A stretch of 64,000 nt of DNA from the NCBI GenBank assembly GCA_020536535.1, contig JAHLWZ010000452.1, positions 10,677 to 74,676 of the forward strand, in the 5' to 3' direction. Shown one piece after another: positions 43,298 through 54,500 of this stretch. The notes under the pieces are model-generated. The model was not told where the DNA came from and searched no databases. It was given only the letters and a program-made list of their open reading frames with translations. The position numbers and the translations under genes were made by a program. Each line of letters begins with the position of its first letter. Position 1 is the stretch's first letter. Origin of the DNA: Pelomyxa schiedti (taxonomy: Eukaryota > Protista > Evosea).

Positions 43298-44842
43298 ATG
43301 GGGCACAGCTCGTCGACGCCAGAGACTCCGCCGCCTGTGGTCACGCCCACGGCCGTGCCCCCCTTCCCGATCCTCCCCTCGATCCCCGTGCCCGCCGCCC
43401 CGCTGCCGCTCGTCAAGTGCGACACCGCGGCGCCGCAGCCGCGGCCCTTGTCCGCCGTGCGCGCCCCGTTTGTCCTTAAGATGGCCAGCTCAGACTCCCT
43501 CCCGGCCCTGATCTCCAGCGCGCCGGTGGCCTCGTCCACCACCACGCAGCGGGCCGACGCCGCCCGCCACGCCGCGAAGCTCGCCCTGGCCTGCGCCTAC
43601 CACCCGCGGCTCGGCGCCCACAGCCTCGCGACCATCCTCACGCCCGACGTGATCGACTACATCACGGCGCTCGCGTTCGGGGTGCCGCCTCCCGACTGGT
43701 GGTTCCCGGCGCCTTCCCTAATTGTGGGATTGTCCGGCTTCGGCTGTGGAATTGCCTTCCACGACTTCGTTCTTGGAAAGCCGGAACTGCAATCTAGCCG
43801 AAAAAGTACTGCTCCTGCTGAGACTGAGGAAATTGTACAGCACTCTCCTATTTCCATCGACTCCTGCAAGTGGAATCTTGTTGCTGCTCCCAGAAAAGCT
43901 TCTTCTCTGAACCTAACCACTATGAGAAAAATCAGGTTTGCTTCGGATTATGAGAGGTGCTTCTCAGTCATGCTTGGAACCAGCGCTGGTCACAATTTCC
44001 TTAGCGCATTTGACCTTCATAAAATGAAGCAATCATATTGCTGTCCATGTATTGCTCGCTGCGTTTGTTTTCTGCAGTCTCAGTCACGACATGTTTATAC
44101 TGCAGCTAGTGGGGTGATAAACGAGTGGAGGATTGGAGAAGCTGCATCCAAACGCGGTGTATTGCCCGCTATCGGGAAGATTAGAAACTACAGGATATCA
44201 TGTGGCTCCATAGACCACCTCTGCAATGCCTTCTCGCCCAAGCTTCTTGCAGTTGGCTCGAAACTGCAAAACACTGTCTATGTTGTAGAACCGAAGCCGG
44301 CTCACGTCAAAGCTAGAAAAAAGATGGATATAGGTGTCCTGTGTATGATGGTTCACACCCCTGAAAGCCAAATACAAGTAACGGCAATGCATGGGATGCC
44401 ACAGTCACCTACCCTCCTCACAGCATGCAGTGATTGCTCTATACGTGCTTGGTCATCAACAAGGCAAGTCAACAATATACCACTATGGTCCACTTGTATT
44501 ACAAGTGAAGTACCAGTGACAGCAATGTGCTATCTTCAAGAATCTGAAGTTATATCAGATGAAGCATTTGCAGCCTGTGCAGGAGGGAGGTGCTTCATTT
44601 ATGACAAGAGAGCGAACGTAAATAGCCCACTGATTACTATGGATTTGGCTTGCCGCAAGGCAAAGAGTATCTTGCCACTTGCACAGAATACAGTAGCTAT
44701 TGCTGTCGCCACCAGACAAGGGAATGAAGGTGGTGTGTTGTTGTTTGACATCAGGGCGCCAGACGCACCAGTGGCTATACTAAAAACAGGAGCACTAACC
44801 TCAATGAATTTATTTGGTACTTTGGGAGCCCCTTTTTTTTAA
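43298..44842 (+). CDS. Intronless WD40/beta-propeller protein with an N-terminal divergent F-box-like 'HPRLG' motif
   Basis: 514 aa ORF; LLTACSDCSIRAW, CFIYDKRA, VLLFDIRA; LALACAYHPRLGAHSLATILTPDVIDYI; MGxxxS N-terminus. Confidence 0.65.
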   Translation: MGHSSSTPETPPPVVTPTAVPPFPILPSIPVPAAPLPLVKCDTAAPQPRPLSAVRAPFVLKMASSDSLPALISSAPVASSTTTQRADAARHAAKLALACAYHPRLGAHSLATILTPDVIDYITALAFGVPPPDWWFPAPSLIVGLSGFGCGIAFHDFVLGKPELQSSRKSTAPAETEEIVQHSPISIDSCKWNLVAAPRKASSLNLTTMRKIRFASDYERCFSVMLGTSAGHNFLSAFDLHKMKQSYCCPCIARCVCFLQSQSRHVYTAASGVINEWRIGEAASKRGVLPAIGKIRNYRISCGSIDHLCNAFSPKLLAVGSKLQNTVYVVEPKPAHVKARKKMDIGVLCMMVHTPESQIQVTAMHGMPQSPTLLTACSDCSIRAWSSTRQVNNIPLWSTCITSEVPVTAMCYLQESEVISDEAFAACAGGRCFIYDKRANVNSPLITMDLACRKAKSILPLAQNTVAIAVATRQGNEGGVLLFDIRAPDAPVAILKTGALTSMNLFGTLGAPFF

Positions 44843-45196
44843 AAAAAAAGCAATTTCCCCAACAAAAAAAAAAAAACAAAAAATGTGTGGGTTGCATGTT
44901 GGAGTGCACAACGCCAGTTGTTACACCCAGGGTTGCTCCCAAGTCCCTGCCTGAGCTAGCTGATCCGAAAACCAACTGCATCGAAGGTAAGGAGCATTAT
45001 TCGGCCTTTAGCCCCAAATTTGACACCAGTGGTAAGTTTCTCCCTGCAAGAGGGGGTGTTTCGGGGGTACAGGCCTTAACTGTGGTAGTTAGGGAAGCTA
45101 GAATGCCTGAATCCGTCGGGGCTCCGCCCAAACTTATGGGTTTGAATTTGAAATTTGATGGAAATCGGTTGGATTGATCGGATTCGGAATCGCCCA

Positions 45197-47357
45197 ATGG
45201 CGAGTAGTGAGCAGCAACGACGTGCTTCCGAGTGGGTGTCGTGGCTGGCTCAAAGGGGCGGAGGTGCGTCGCACGGAGGGGGCGGTACAGCTACAACTGC
45301 CATCAGGCTGGCGGCCAACGACCGCACGTGGGCCGTGTGCCGGTCCATTATGGGCGGGCCCTATCATGGCCGAGGCCGCCGCGGGCCAGAACAAGGGCAA
45401 CAGGTGCCGGGAACGCGGGGCTGCGTGGGCGACGCGGGAGCGGCTCCAGGGGGACACCCGGAGGCCCGCGCTGAGGAAGCCTCGGAGGCCCCGCAGGTGG
45501 CACAAGCACGAGCGAGGGTTCAGTCTTTGAGGCGGTGTGTAGTTTCCTACCTGCTTTGTTGTTTGTTTGGTTGTATTTATTATGGTGAGTCACTAATTTA
45601 TAGTGCGGTTCAAGTGACACGGAGCAAGATGGATGACCTGATGAGCAATCATCTTAGACATGAAGAAAATGTGTTTGCTGCTCGGGAAAGAGATGACTAT
45701 ACTCGGTACATTGCTTAAGTCGTTTAAGGTGTAAGTACGACTTACAAATATCAGTTGCCGCGCTGAGCTCTTCGATGCTTATGCCAATGCATCCAAAGAA
45801 TCTGCATCCGTGGTTCAACAAGTGAGAACACGTCTAACAGCTATTTTGAGGCAACTACTACCTGATAGTGCGCAACCTGTATCACCATTCAACGAGGCAA
45901 CCCTCTAGACACAGATCAAATGAAATAACCGGGGCACTAACCTGCTGCAGAGTCTCCAAATGATATCATCTAAGCTAAATGGAATCGCTTCATACTTGAA
46001 CTCCGAAGTTGTGCACTCCCCTAGCGCAAAACAGCTCTGTGCTACTTACGCAGAAGGTTCTGATAAAAACTGCCGGCCTCTCCCTCTAATATTCTAATTC
46101 CATGGAAGAAATCGTGTCATCTATGCCAATAAGTACGGCACTGAGAATTTGTACTATACTTGCTGAAGAACAATCCAAAGACCCTTATTTAGCTCGGTGG
46201 AAATCTCTCACTGCATCTCAACCATCACCCACGACCCATACTGCAAATGAGTATCTTCAATGCCAAAGTAAACAGCTGCAACGTAGCCAACAAAGGCGCG
46301 AGGAGGAGCTTTATACCTCTATACTGAACACGGACATATCACTTCAGCTTTCAATCCTTTCAAACCAAACTGCCTGCAAGATTCCTGAACCCCCAAAAGA
46401 GCAACTGCCCGTCTATGTCGTGGATAGAGCAACACTGGCAGCACTCACGTCTGCAACAGCAACTGCCAAGACATTCATAACCACGCTTTCTGACATGTTC
46501 TCACCATCCCAGCGCCAATCCGTCGAGCAATCTCTTCTGCATCTCGATCACGCTCTGTCCGCAGTCTCGTTTTCAAGGAGCGGCAAGTCTCACCGTACAT
46601 CACAAGTTGCTGCTGCATGTTTGAGAATGTGCTTGCCGGCTCCCACTGGAAGACTTTGTGTACATTCTGAACAATGTCTTAATACCTTGAGAGAGGCAAG
46701 CAAGACAATACAGAGCGCCATACAGGCGTGCCAAGCCGTGAATTGTACAAAATCTGGCGTCTCTGCATCCATAGAAAATAGTATTTTTTGGGCCGCACAT
46801 TTCCCCAGGAATCCATCTCCCTATGATTGCACTTTCCAATTGCCAACGGTGAAGTTTTCCATCCCCCCTCTGCGCACAACACTTCATAGTAGCAGTTGTT
46901 TGAGTGACTTCAACCGGGCAATATGGTCAGAGCAGCTGTATTATGCTACAAAGGATACTCATGAAATGAACAAAATAGCGGCGGAAGAACTTCAAATAAA
47001 GCAAGAACAGGAGTGGCTATTGCAACAGCAATTAGGCTCAGGCCTCTCCAATTCCGCAATAGCGAACACAATCGCCCAAGCGAGATCGGTCTGTTCCTCT
47101 GTCGAGAAAAACAACCAGCACTTACAAAGAACACTACTGCCTAAGATCCATGCAGCGCACGCCCGCACCCTCAAAGCCATAGATTTCGCCAAGTATGTAT
47201 CTTGCCCCACCCCCTTTTTTTTTGTTATGCCATTTTGACTTGCCCAACACAACAAGATCTGAGGTGTCAAAAGCTGCAGGGGATTACGCCACCCAACCTG
47301 CGTTCCGTGAATAGAATCACTACCCCTCCACTAATCGTTGTTGTGATAATAAAATAG
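45197..47357 (+). CDS. Coiled-coil protein, weakly reminiscent of augmin subunit HAUS5; ends approximate
   Basis: Exon chain from MASSEQQRRASEWVSWL through RAELFDAYANASKESASVVQQVRTRL and the 378-aa ORF 46102-47238; helical composition. Confidence 0.4.
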
Positions 47358-47449
47358 CTGTTTTGAATCGCACTTGTCTCTTTCTGTTGTGTGAGGCTCC
47401 TTCATTTTCCTTCTGGGAACAACACTGCCGGCAGACCAGACGATCAAAG

Positions 47450-48438
47450 ATGATTAGGCCCCGACAACAGTGCGGTGATGCGTTGGATATCGCTAGATCT
47501 TGCGGGGAATTAAGTGTTGGGGGTGCGTCTGAGGAGGAGGTTGTGGCAGCGGTAAACAGACACGTAGATGGAAAAGTTCGTAGTGTGCTACTTGGTGCGG
47601 CGTCATCTGGGCCAGAATCTACGTCGCCTTTGTCTGGAGATTTCACGCTAGAAGTTAGACAGAGCGGTGTCCCTGGCGCAGGAAATGGGGTAGATCTGGC
47701 GGAGCCATCTCCTCTTGCTGTTTTCCTCTGTTCTGACTTCCGCGTAGTTGTTTGTGGCCAGCGGCGCTGTGCGTGGGGGTGATGTAATAACTTTGTATCC
47801 TGGTACTGTGTACGGACCAAAAGAGCAATCTTTCATGTATGCCCTGGTCTTTACCGATAACGATTACCTTGTCACACGGTAAGGACTCCTTTCTCAATTC
47901 TGAACGACTCACAATGCCCAGGTATGACAGTGTTGTTATCGATGGAAAGATGAAGGAGGGCTCTGCCTCTGCCACTGCACTTAAAGTAGGAACTTTTTCC
48001 AGTGTTTTTACTTTGATACCAAATGCATATTCATACTGTGAAAAGTGAAGAATTTTCAAACAAGAGACAATGCTATGAGGAAACCACGTTGCAGAAATAT
48101 GGAGTCAGTAGCACTAGGCAATTGTAACCAAGTCGCCCCACATTCCTTGTTCTGAATTTATGGGCAGATATCAATCACAGTAAAACCGCAAAAAATGCCA
48201 CTTTCTGGGATGTCGATATTCCCATTGACGACCCCAACACATCCCCTTACATTCCAAATGTGTTGTTCACTGCAAGTACTCACTTGTGCATAAACACAAT
48301 CTGGCTTCTCATTCTTTTACAGGCAATCGACCAGTACCTAGTGTCGCGGTAGTAGCCCTGCAGACTATTCCAACAGGCTCTGAAATCTTTGTTGACTACC
48401 GGTTCAAGCCACATTCAGCTCCCAGCTGGTACTCATGA
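47450..48438 (+). CDS. SETD9: SETD9-like SET domain protein
   Basis: FTLEVRQSGVPGAGNG|VFV...VITLYPGTVY, VVIDG, INHS, DVDIP...YIPNV, VAVVALQTIPTGSEIFVDY. Confidence 0.75.
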
Positions 48439-48533
48439 TAATCCACTCCCAAATCTACGTCGATTATCCAAAACAAAACATACAGCAAAACAAAGACCAA
48501 CCACTAAAACATTCCAAAGTTAATTACAAGTGA

Positions 48534-49094
48534 ATGAGTGCCCACGGGCCCTCACACCCAACACCACAACCACCAAACTCCAACAACAAGGCCCCCCTGC
48601 GGGTACTGGCCATCAGGCCCGGATTCGGGCGCCTAACCACTGCCTTCAAAGCCCACTACGGCCCCAGCTTCGCGACCGCCGACGTGCCGGACCGAATACC
48701 CGCGTGCGCCTCGTGCCCCGAGATGGCCTCCCTGCGCTCCGCCGTCGCGGCGTTCCGCCCGGACGTGCTGGTGTCGTGCAGCCGCGGCGGCGCCTATCTC
48801 AACTTGGTCCTGGCGTCGGGCGCGTGGGCGGGGCCCAGCGTAATCATGTGCAGCTACGGCTGCGGCAGGCTCGACGCGGAGCCGTTCCCGGCCCGCGTGC
48901 CGGTGCTGCTGACTTATGGGAGGAGGGACCCCACCGGGTACGACGTGGGCAGAATCAGGGCCCGGGCCGCCACGGGCACGCCGGGAATGGTGAGGTTCAT
49001 TTTGACTGAGGACGGGCACCACCCAGCCTCTCTTGTTGATACTGGCAAGATATTCCAGCTGATAGAGGAGCTGGTGACTTGTGGGAAACTATAG
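48534..49094 (+). CDS. Small intronless alpha/beta-hydrolase-like protein
   Basis: FRPDVLVSCSRGGAY (nucleophile elbow), LLTYGRRDP (acid), EDGHH (His). Confidence 0.6.
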   Translation: MSAHGPSHPTPQPPNSNNKAPLRVLAIRPGFGRLTTAFKAHYGPSFATADVPDRIPACASCPEMASLRSAVAAFRPDVLVSCSRGGAYLNLVLASGAWAGPSVIMCSYGCGRLDAEPFPARVPVLLTYGRRDPTGYDVGRIRARAATGTPGMVRFILTEDGHHPASLVDTGKIFQLIEELVTCGKL

Positions 49095-49159
49095 AATGCG
49101 AAAAAGAACTGTTTCAATTGTTGGAGAGACCAAAAGTTTTGGCTGAATGGGACTTTGCA

Positions 49160-50703
49160 TTAGAATGTAGAGAGAATGGTTGTGGCTCTCAAGGTTGCCT
49201 TTAGCTCGGGATTGCCGTCCGCAATTGCAGTTAAGAGATCGCGAGAGCGCTCTCTGGTTGACGTGGAAGAGTTTTGTTTCCATGAGGGATTATCCATCAA
49301 ATTTGATAGTGCCTCAAGCAAAGTGCATCTAAAATCATCTTCGTCCTCTGTCCTATTTTCAATCTTGTTGTTGTGAAAAGAAAAGAAAAAAAAAAGGAAG
49401 AAAAGAGAAACCCTACTAAGATAAAACGCTGGTTGTGGGAGTGAGGGGGAAAAAAGTCCATACCTCCCTCAGGACTATATCATAGAGAACGTCCAGGTCA
49501 TTCTGGTAAAAGAAAGGATTCCCAACGTCACCACCAATATTGCTCCTCTCAAGAATTGCAGAAATCAGAGACATCACACTCTGATCCACAGCCCTATTTA
49601 GAAGGCAAATCATGGGGTTCCCCAATTCCCGCGCTTGTTCATTCATAAACAAGCAGTCGAGCACCGCATTCCCACTGCCCACCAAGTCCAGTTCTTCCTC
49701 AGTGCCATTGGAAGTGCTTGTTGCGGTTGCATTCTTCTCACATAGGCCATGAGCGGCAGCGAGGCACACAATCAGGGATGATGCCACAGGGTCGTCTACT
49801 CCACCGTCTGCGCATCGCATGGATGCAACACCACACAGCATCAATGCCAAATCGGTGTCAACGGCCAGTAGAGAAGCCGGCAAGCTCGAATTGGTTGTGC
49901 AGATGCCGCACAGCTGAGATAACAGACCAGAACACCCCAGAAGTAGTTCTTCATCGCTCTCCGATGAGGCAAATGTCAACCCATCCAGCAGCCACCCCAC
50001 GCAACCATTCCGGCACAATCCCATACAAGCAATCACAGGAACCTTGAAAATTAGTTCGTTACGTGCTTAGCGCGAGGTGATATTCAACCACTCCATCAGT
50101 CTATAATTAACTACTCGAGAATACAAGATTGGCACGCGAGAGGGAGTGGATCACAACCGTTTCACACAAAGCAGAGCACATCTTTATAAGCAGCAGCAGA
50201 GACTCCCTGCACCGAACAAACTCCTCCTCGCCGCAACACCCCCCCGCGGACGGCGGGGCCTCCTCCACCGCGTCCTCGACGTCGCCGCCGGAAGAGCGGC
50301 CGCCGCCGCAGGAGCGGCAGGCGCGGGCCAGCAGCGAGGCCGAGGCGCCGATGACCGCGAACATGTCCGCGTGGGACTGGCAGAAGCCCTCCACCCCGCA
50401 CGCCTGCGTCTGCGCCAGCAGCTGGCACAGCGAGGTCACGGCGTCGCAGGCCCCGGCCGTGGTCGTGGGCCCCTCCTCCTCCCCCTCGGGCTCCGCCGGC
50501 GCCGCCGCGCACGAGTCTGAAGGGGAGGCAACGGAGGCCGCTGTGGAACACGTGGAAGAGGAAGAGGAAGAGGACGAGGACTCGAGGGCGGCTGCTTGGC
50601 GATACAGCTCGGCCGCTGCACGAGGGGACGTCTTGGCCAGTTTGTCTGCCTTGGCGAGCAACACAGCTCTTTTCCTTTGCCTCGCCGCTTCGTCTTCGCT
50701 CAT
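49160..50703 (-). CDS. SPIN90/Dip1/Ldb17 (WISH/NCKIPSD) family Arp2/3 activator-like protein
   Basis: ELGNPMICLLNR...FFYQNDLDVLYDIVLRE matches the SPIN90/Ldb17 leucine-rich domain signature (FYxNDLxVLxDIxxR). Confidence 0.75.
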
Positions 50704-50759
50704 TTGAATTCCTTTGACTCTTTGATTGGTTACAGGAACATGCACATTTAATTAAATCT

Positions 50760-51513
50760 ATGGCCACGAGCCCCAGGCAACAACGCTCGGGGGGCGAAAG
50801 CAACGCCTACCGAGAACAAGGTGGCTCGGTGGAGCTCGAATACACCTTGCCGCCCCTCGTCCCCTCGCCCTTGTCCTGCGACGGCGAGTCCGAGAGCTAC
50901 CTCGAGCGAATACCCGTTCCGGATCTAGAATCGGAATGTAAGTCGTCGGCGGCTGTAGCTGCAGCGACCGTGGGGGACCCCTCAGTCTCCGCGGCGTCGA
51001 GCTCCTCGTCGATTATGAGCTACACGCCGTCCTCGTCGGCGGACCTGCCCTTGTCTGAAATTCTGGAGCGAACATCGCTCCTCGATGGAAAGAACGGGCG
51101 CCGTCTCGTTCTCGAATGTTCCATCTGCAACGCACTCACAGCATCCTACGAGGTTGGCACGCTCTTCTTTCTTTTTGTTTCTTCTTTCTTCGTGATGAGT
51201 CTAACCCCTAGTGCCTAGTGTGATCGGTGTGGAAAATTACTGTGTATAGTTTGTGCAATTCATGATAGGAGAAAGGACAGAAGGCGAACACTATGCGGTT
51301 CTTGTGTCGCACACAAGAAGCACCTCAGGTGGTGCTGCTATGTGTTTGTGGTTCTTACTGTACTGTCGTTTATATTTGTGTTTATTGCTGTGGTGTTTAT
51401 GGTAAAAAACGGAAGGCTAAGCCCGTTTGATTCGTCTTTGGTTAAACCGAGTTTTATTTTTCTTTTTTACACCCAAGAGTGATGAGTGGTGCAATGCAAG
51501 GACTTTGCATTGA
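50760..51513 (+). CDS. Hypothetical protein with a B-box-like Cys/His zinc finger and C-terminal TM helix
   Basis: CSIC...|CDRCGKLLCIVCAIH...LCGSC followed by WCCYVFVVLTVLSFIFVFIAVVFM; end approximate. Confidence 0.55.
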
Positions 51514-51540
51514 CCTCCTATCGCCGTGGGAGAACAAACG

Positions 51541-54500
51541 TTACATTTCCGCTGGTTTAGGGTGTGCCTCTACAGTAAGGTTAGAATCATATAAAAAAAC
51601 GGGTTGTGGAAATTACTGGAACGTCAATTTTTGATTCTCTAGCAATCCAGCGACCTCTTGTAGTTTGGTTATTGCTTTTCGGAGAGCTTCCAACTTCTTA
51701 TCACATCGTTCTGTAAACCGGTCATTTAATTTGGGGGACAGTGAGAGGCTAACCTTCTTCTGTCATTTTCTCCATCTGCTCGTCTGAGATTCCGAATCCC
51801 TCGCGGAAAATTTCTGGCCAGTTCCACTTGGCATTCGTACAGAAAGGACAGGGGAAAGTATCATCTGCTGGGTGTTCGTGAACCTCCTCGTGGGATTCCT
51901 GGAGAGGTGTCTCCAGTTCGGCTCTGGGTTCTGGTGGGAAGTCTTCAGGCGTAAAGATGGGAAGAAGGTTATCGAGATCCGTATCCAAGTCTTGTGCTGC
52001 AGAATCCGCCTTGTCACCAACTTTGTCGGCGTCTTTAGCAAGTTTATCAAGCTCCTTTGCCAGGTCTTCAGCCTTCTTTTGAAGAGCCGCATCTTCTGGG
52101 TGCTCTTTCGCCTCATCGAGCACAGGTTGAATTTCATCCGCTCTGTGCTTCAGATCATCTGCGATGTGAGCAACGTCATGGGCAAGCTTGTCGGCCTCAT
52201 TGGCATGATCAACAAGATCCTTTCCGACTTCGGGTGCAACTTCAGGGGGAAGGACAAAGGTGCGTGCTTTTTCAACGTCTGGCTCACCCTTCTTGGCATG
52301 ATCTTCCAAATCGTCAGCCAGCTTTTTCGCGTCATCAACAACCTTCTGGGGATCAATATGCTCGGGGTGTTTGGCGTGCTCTGCATCTTCTGGGTGTTCT
52401 GGGTGCTCGGCGTGTTCCGGGTGATCTTCGGGTTTGTGTACGTCGTTCGCTTCATGTAGTGCTTCTTTTGCCTTCTTCTTGGCCTTTTCAGCATCCTTGT
52501 CAGCTTTCTTTGCTTCGGCAAGAGCATCAAGAGCTTTCTCAAGTGCAGGGAGAAGTTTATCCTTATCTGGTTCTTCTTCCTTAAGGGCTTCTTCGGCTTC
52601 ATCCGCCAGTTTATCGGCGTGCTTTGCATGATCATCTGCTTTATCAGCTTCCTTCTTGGCATCTTCTGCTTTATGCAGGATATCGTCCTTGATAAGTGGG
52701 GCTATTTCCAGTGGGTGTACGATTTCTTCTGCCTGCTGTGCAATTTCTTCTGTCTGCGGCTTCTTCTCGCGTGCTACATTAGCAATATCATGGGCTTGCT
52801 TTGTGGCTTTCTTTATCTTTGGAATAATATCTGACGGATCCACAGGGGATGGAACGGGTTCAAGTTTTTTGCTGTCGTCCAGCGCATCCTTAGCATCCTC
52901 CAGGGCTTTCTTGGCTTTCTTTAGAGCTTGTTTGGCATCATCTAATAACTTGTCTTCCTCCTCAGGAGTGAGAGGCTGTTCAAGAGCCTCCAACGCTTTG
53001 TCATCTACTTCTTTAGCATCATGTATAGCGTCATGCGCATCACCCTTTGCAATGAGAGCTTTATTGAAAGCAGGGTCGTATCCTACTGGAGGAGTGTCGG
53101 GATTTACTGCACCTACATTCTTGGCAGTATTAACTGCGTCTTGGGCAATGCTGTCGGCTTCGACAGCTATCGGGAGTGCTTTATCAGCAAACTGCTTGGC
53201 GACTTCTGCTTTGGATGGGATATGTGGCTCATAGTCATGTGCCTTCTTGAGTTCCTCCATTGATTTACCATGGTCTTTATCAGCATGGTCTTCCTTTCCT
53301 TCTGTCTCAGTTTTAACGTCATTGTACTCTTTTATATCATCGGGAGACGGCTCTTCCGCGTCTGGGTAAAGATCGTCCTTGTGTTTAATTCGAAGCTCGC
53401 ATTGCTTGGCTCGTTCCAACTCGAGGGCATTGAGAATGTCATCTGCAGTACCGCGGGCTTCACCAGCCTTAATTTTGGCTAGCAAAGCTTCTTCATCGGC
53501 ATCGTCGGCGTCTATTGCTGCCTGTTCGGCGGCTGCAACGTTTTCCGGTGTTGGGTGTAACTTAGCTTCCTCGGCTAATTTGTCAGCCTTGTCGTGTGCC
53601 TTCTCTTTTGCGTCTTCTGCATCCTTTACCATACCCTGGGCTTCTTCTGCATTCTTTACTGCCTCGGCAAGCTTCTTCTCCAACTCCTTGACCAACTCAT
53701 CAACAGCAGCAACCTCTGGGACAGGCTTTGGTACGTACGGTTCGAAGGCGTTAACTTTGTCGAGCTTGTCAAGTGCATCTTGGAGGTCTTTGTCTGCCGT
53801 CTTGGCTTCCTCGTGAACGACCGGACCCAGTTCATCTGTAGGTTTCCTATCCTCAGGGTTGGGTTCGTGTGCTTTGTCCCATTCATCTGCTTGAATTTTG
53901 AGATCTTCAACAGCAGCGCGGGCAACATCAGCATCCTTCTTATCTTCCAAAGCCTTTGCTTTGTGCTCTCCAACATCCAACTTGGCTTGCAGGGTATCAT
54001 CTTCCGCCTTTCGGGCATCTTCTTCCGCTTTTTGGGCACGCAACGCACTTTCGGGAGACGGGTGAAGATGAGATTCATCGTCGAGGAAGGCAGCATTCTT
54101 CTTTTCTTCGTCTTCTTTTTTCTACAATGGAATTTTAGAAGTTGTTCACAAGCAAAACGTGAGGCAACCTTACTATCCAGCAACTTGTCAGCCTTATCAT
54201 CAAGCTTTTTGGCAGCTTCATCTAAATCTTTCTCCTTTTCTTGTTCTTTTTTCATGGCTTCCAACAGAGGCTCCAAGAACGGGTTCTTTTCCTTTGGTAA
54301 ATCGAGTTTAATATCCTCTAAGCCTTCTTCGGCATAAGGGGGAAGCTCGAAACCAAGTGGAGCACCAGGCTCAACTCCCAAGTCCGCATCTGCAAGCTCG
54401 GGCGGAGCCACGGCGCTATGCATTGCCATGTCTAGATCCTCAGCCAATTTCTCTGCAACTTCAGCAAGTTTGTCAGCCTGCTTAGCAAGTTCACGTGCAG

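Noticed and set aside
54043-54170. Apparent frameshift between the 692-aa and 764-aa ORFs
   Set aside because: Explained by a normal short GT-AG intron, so it is neither a pseudogene nor programmed frameshifting.
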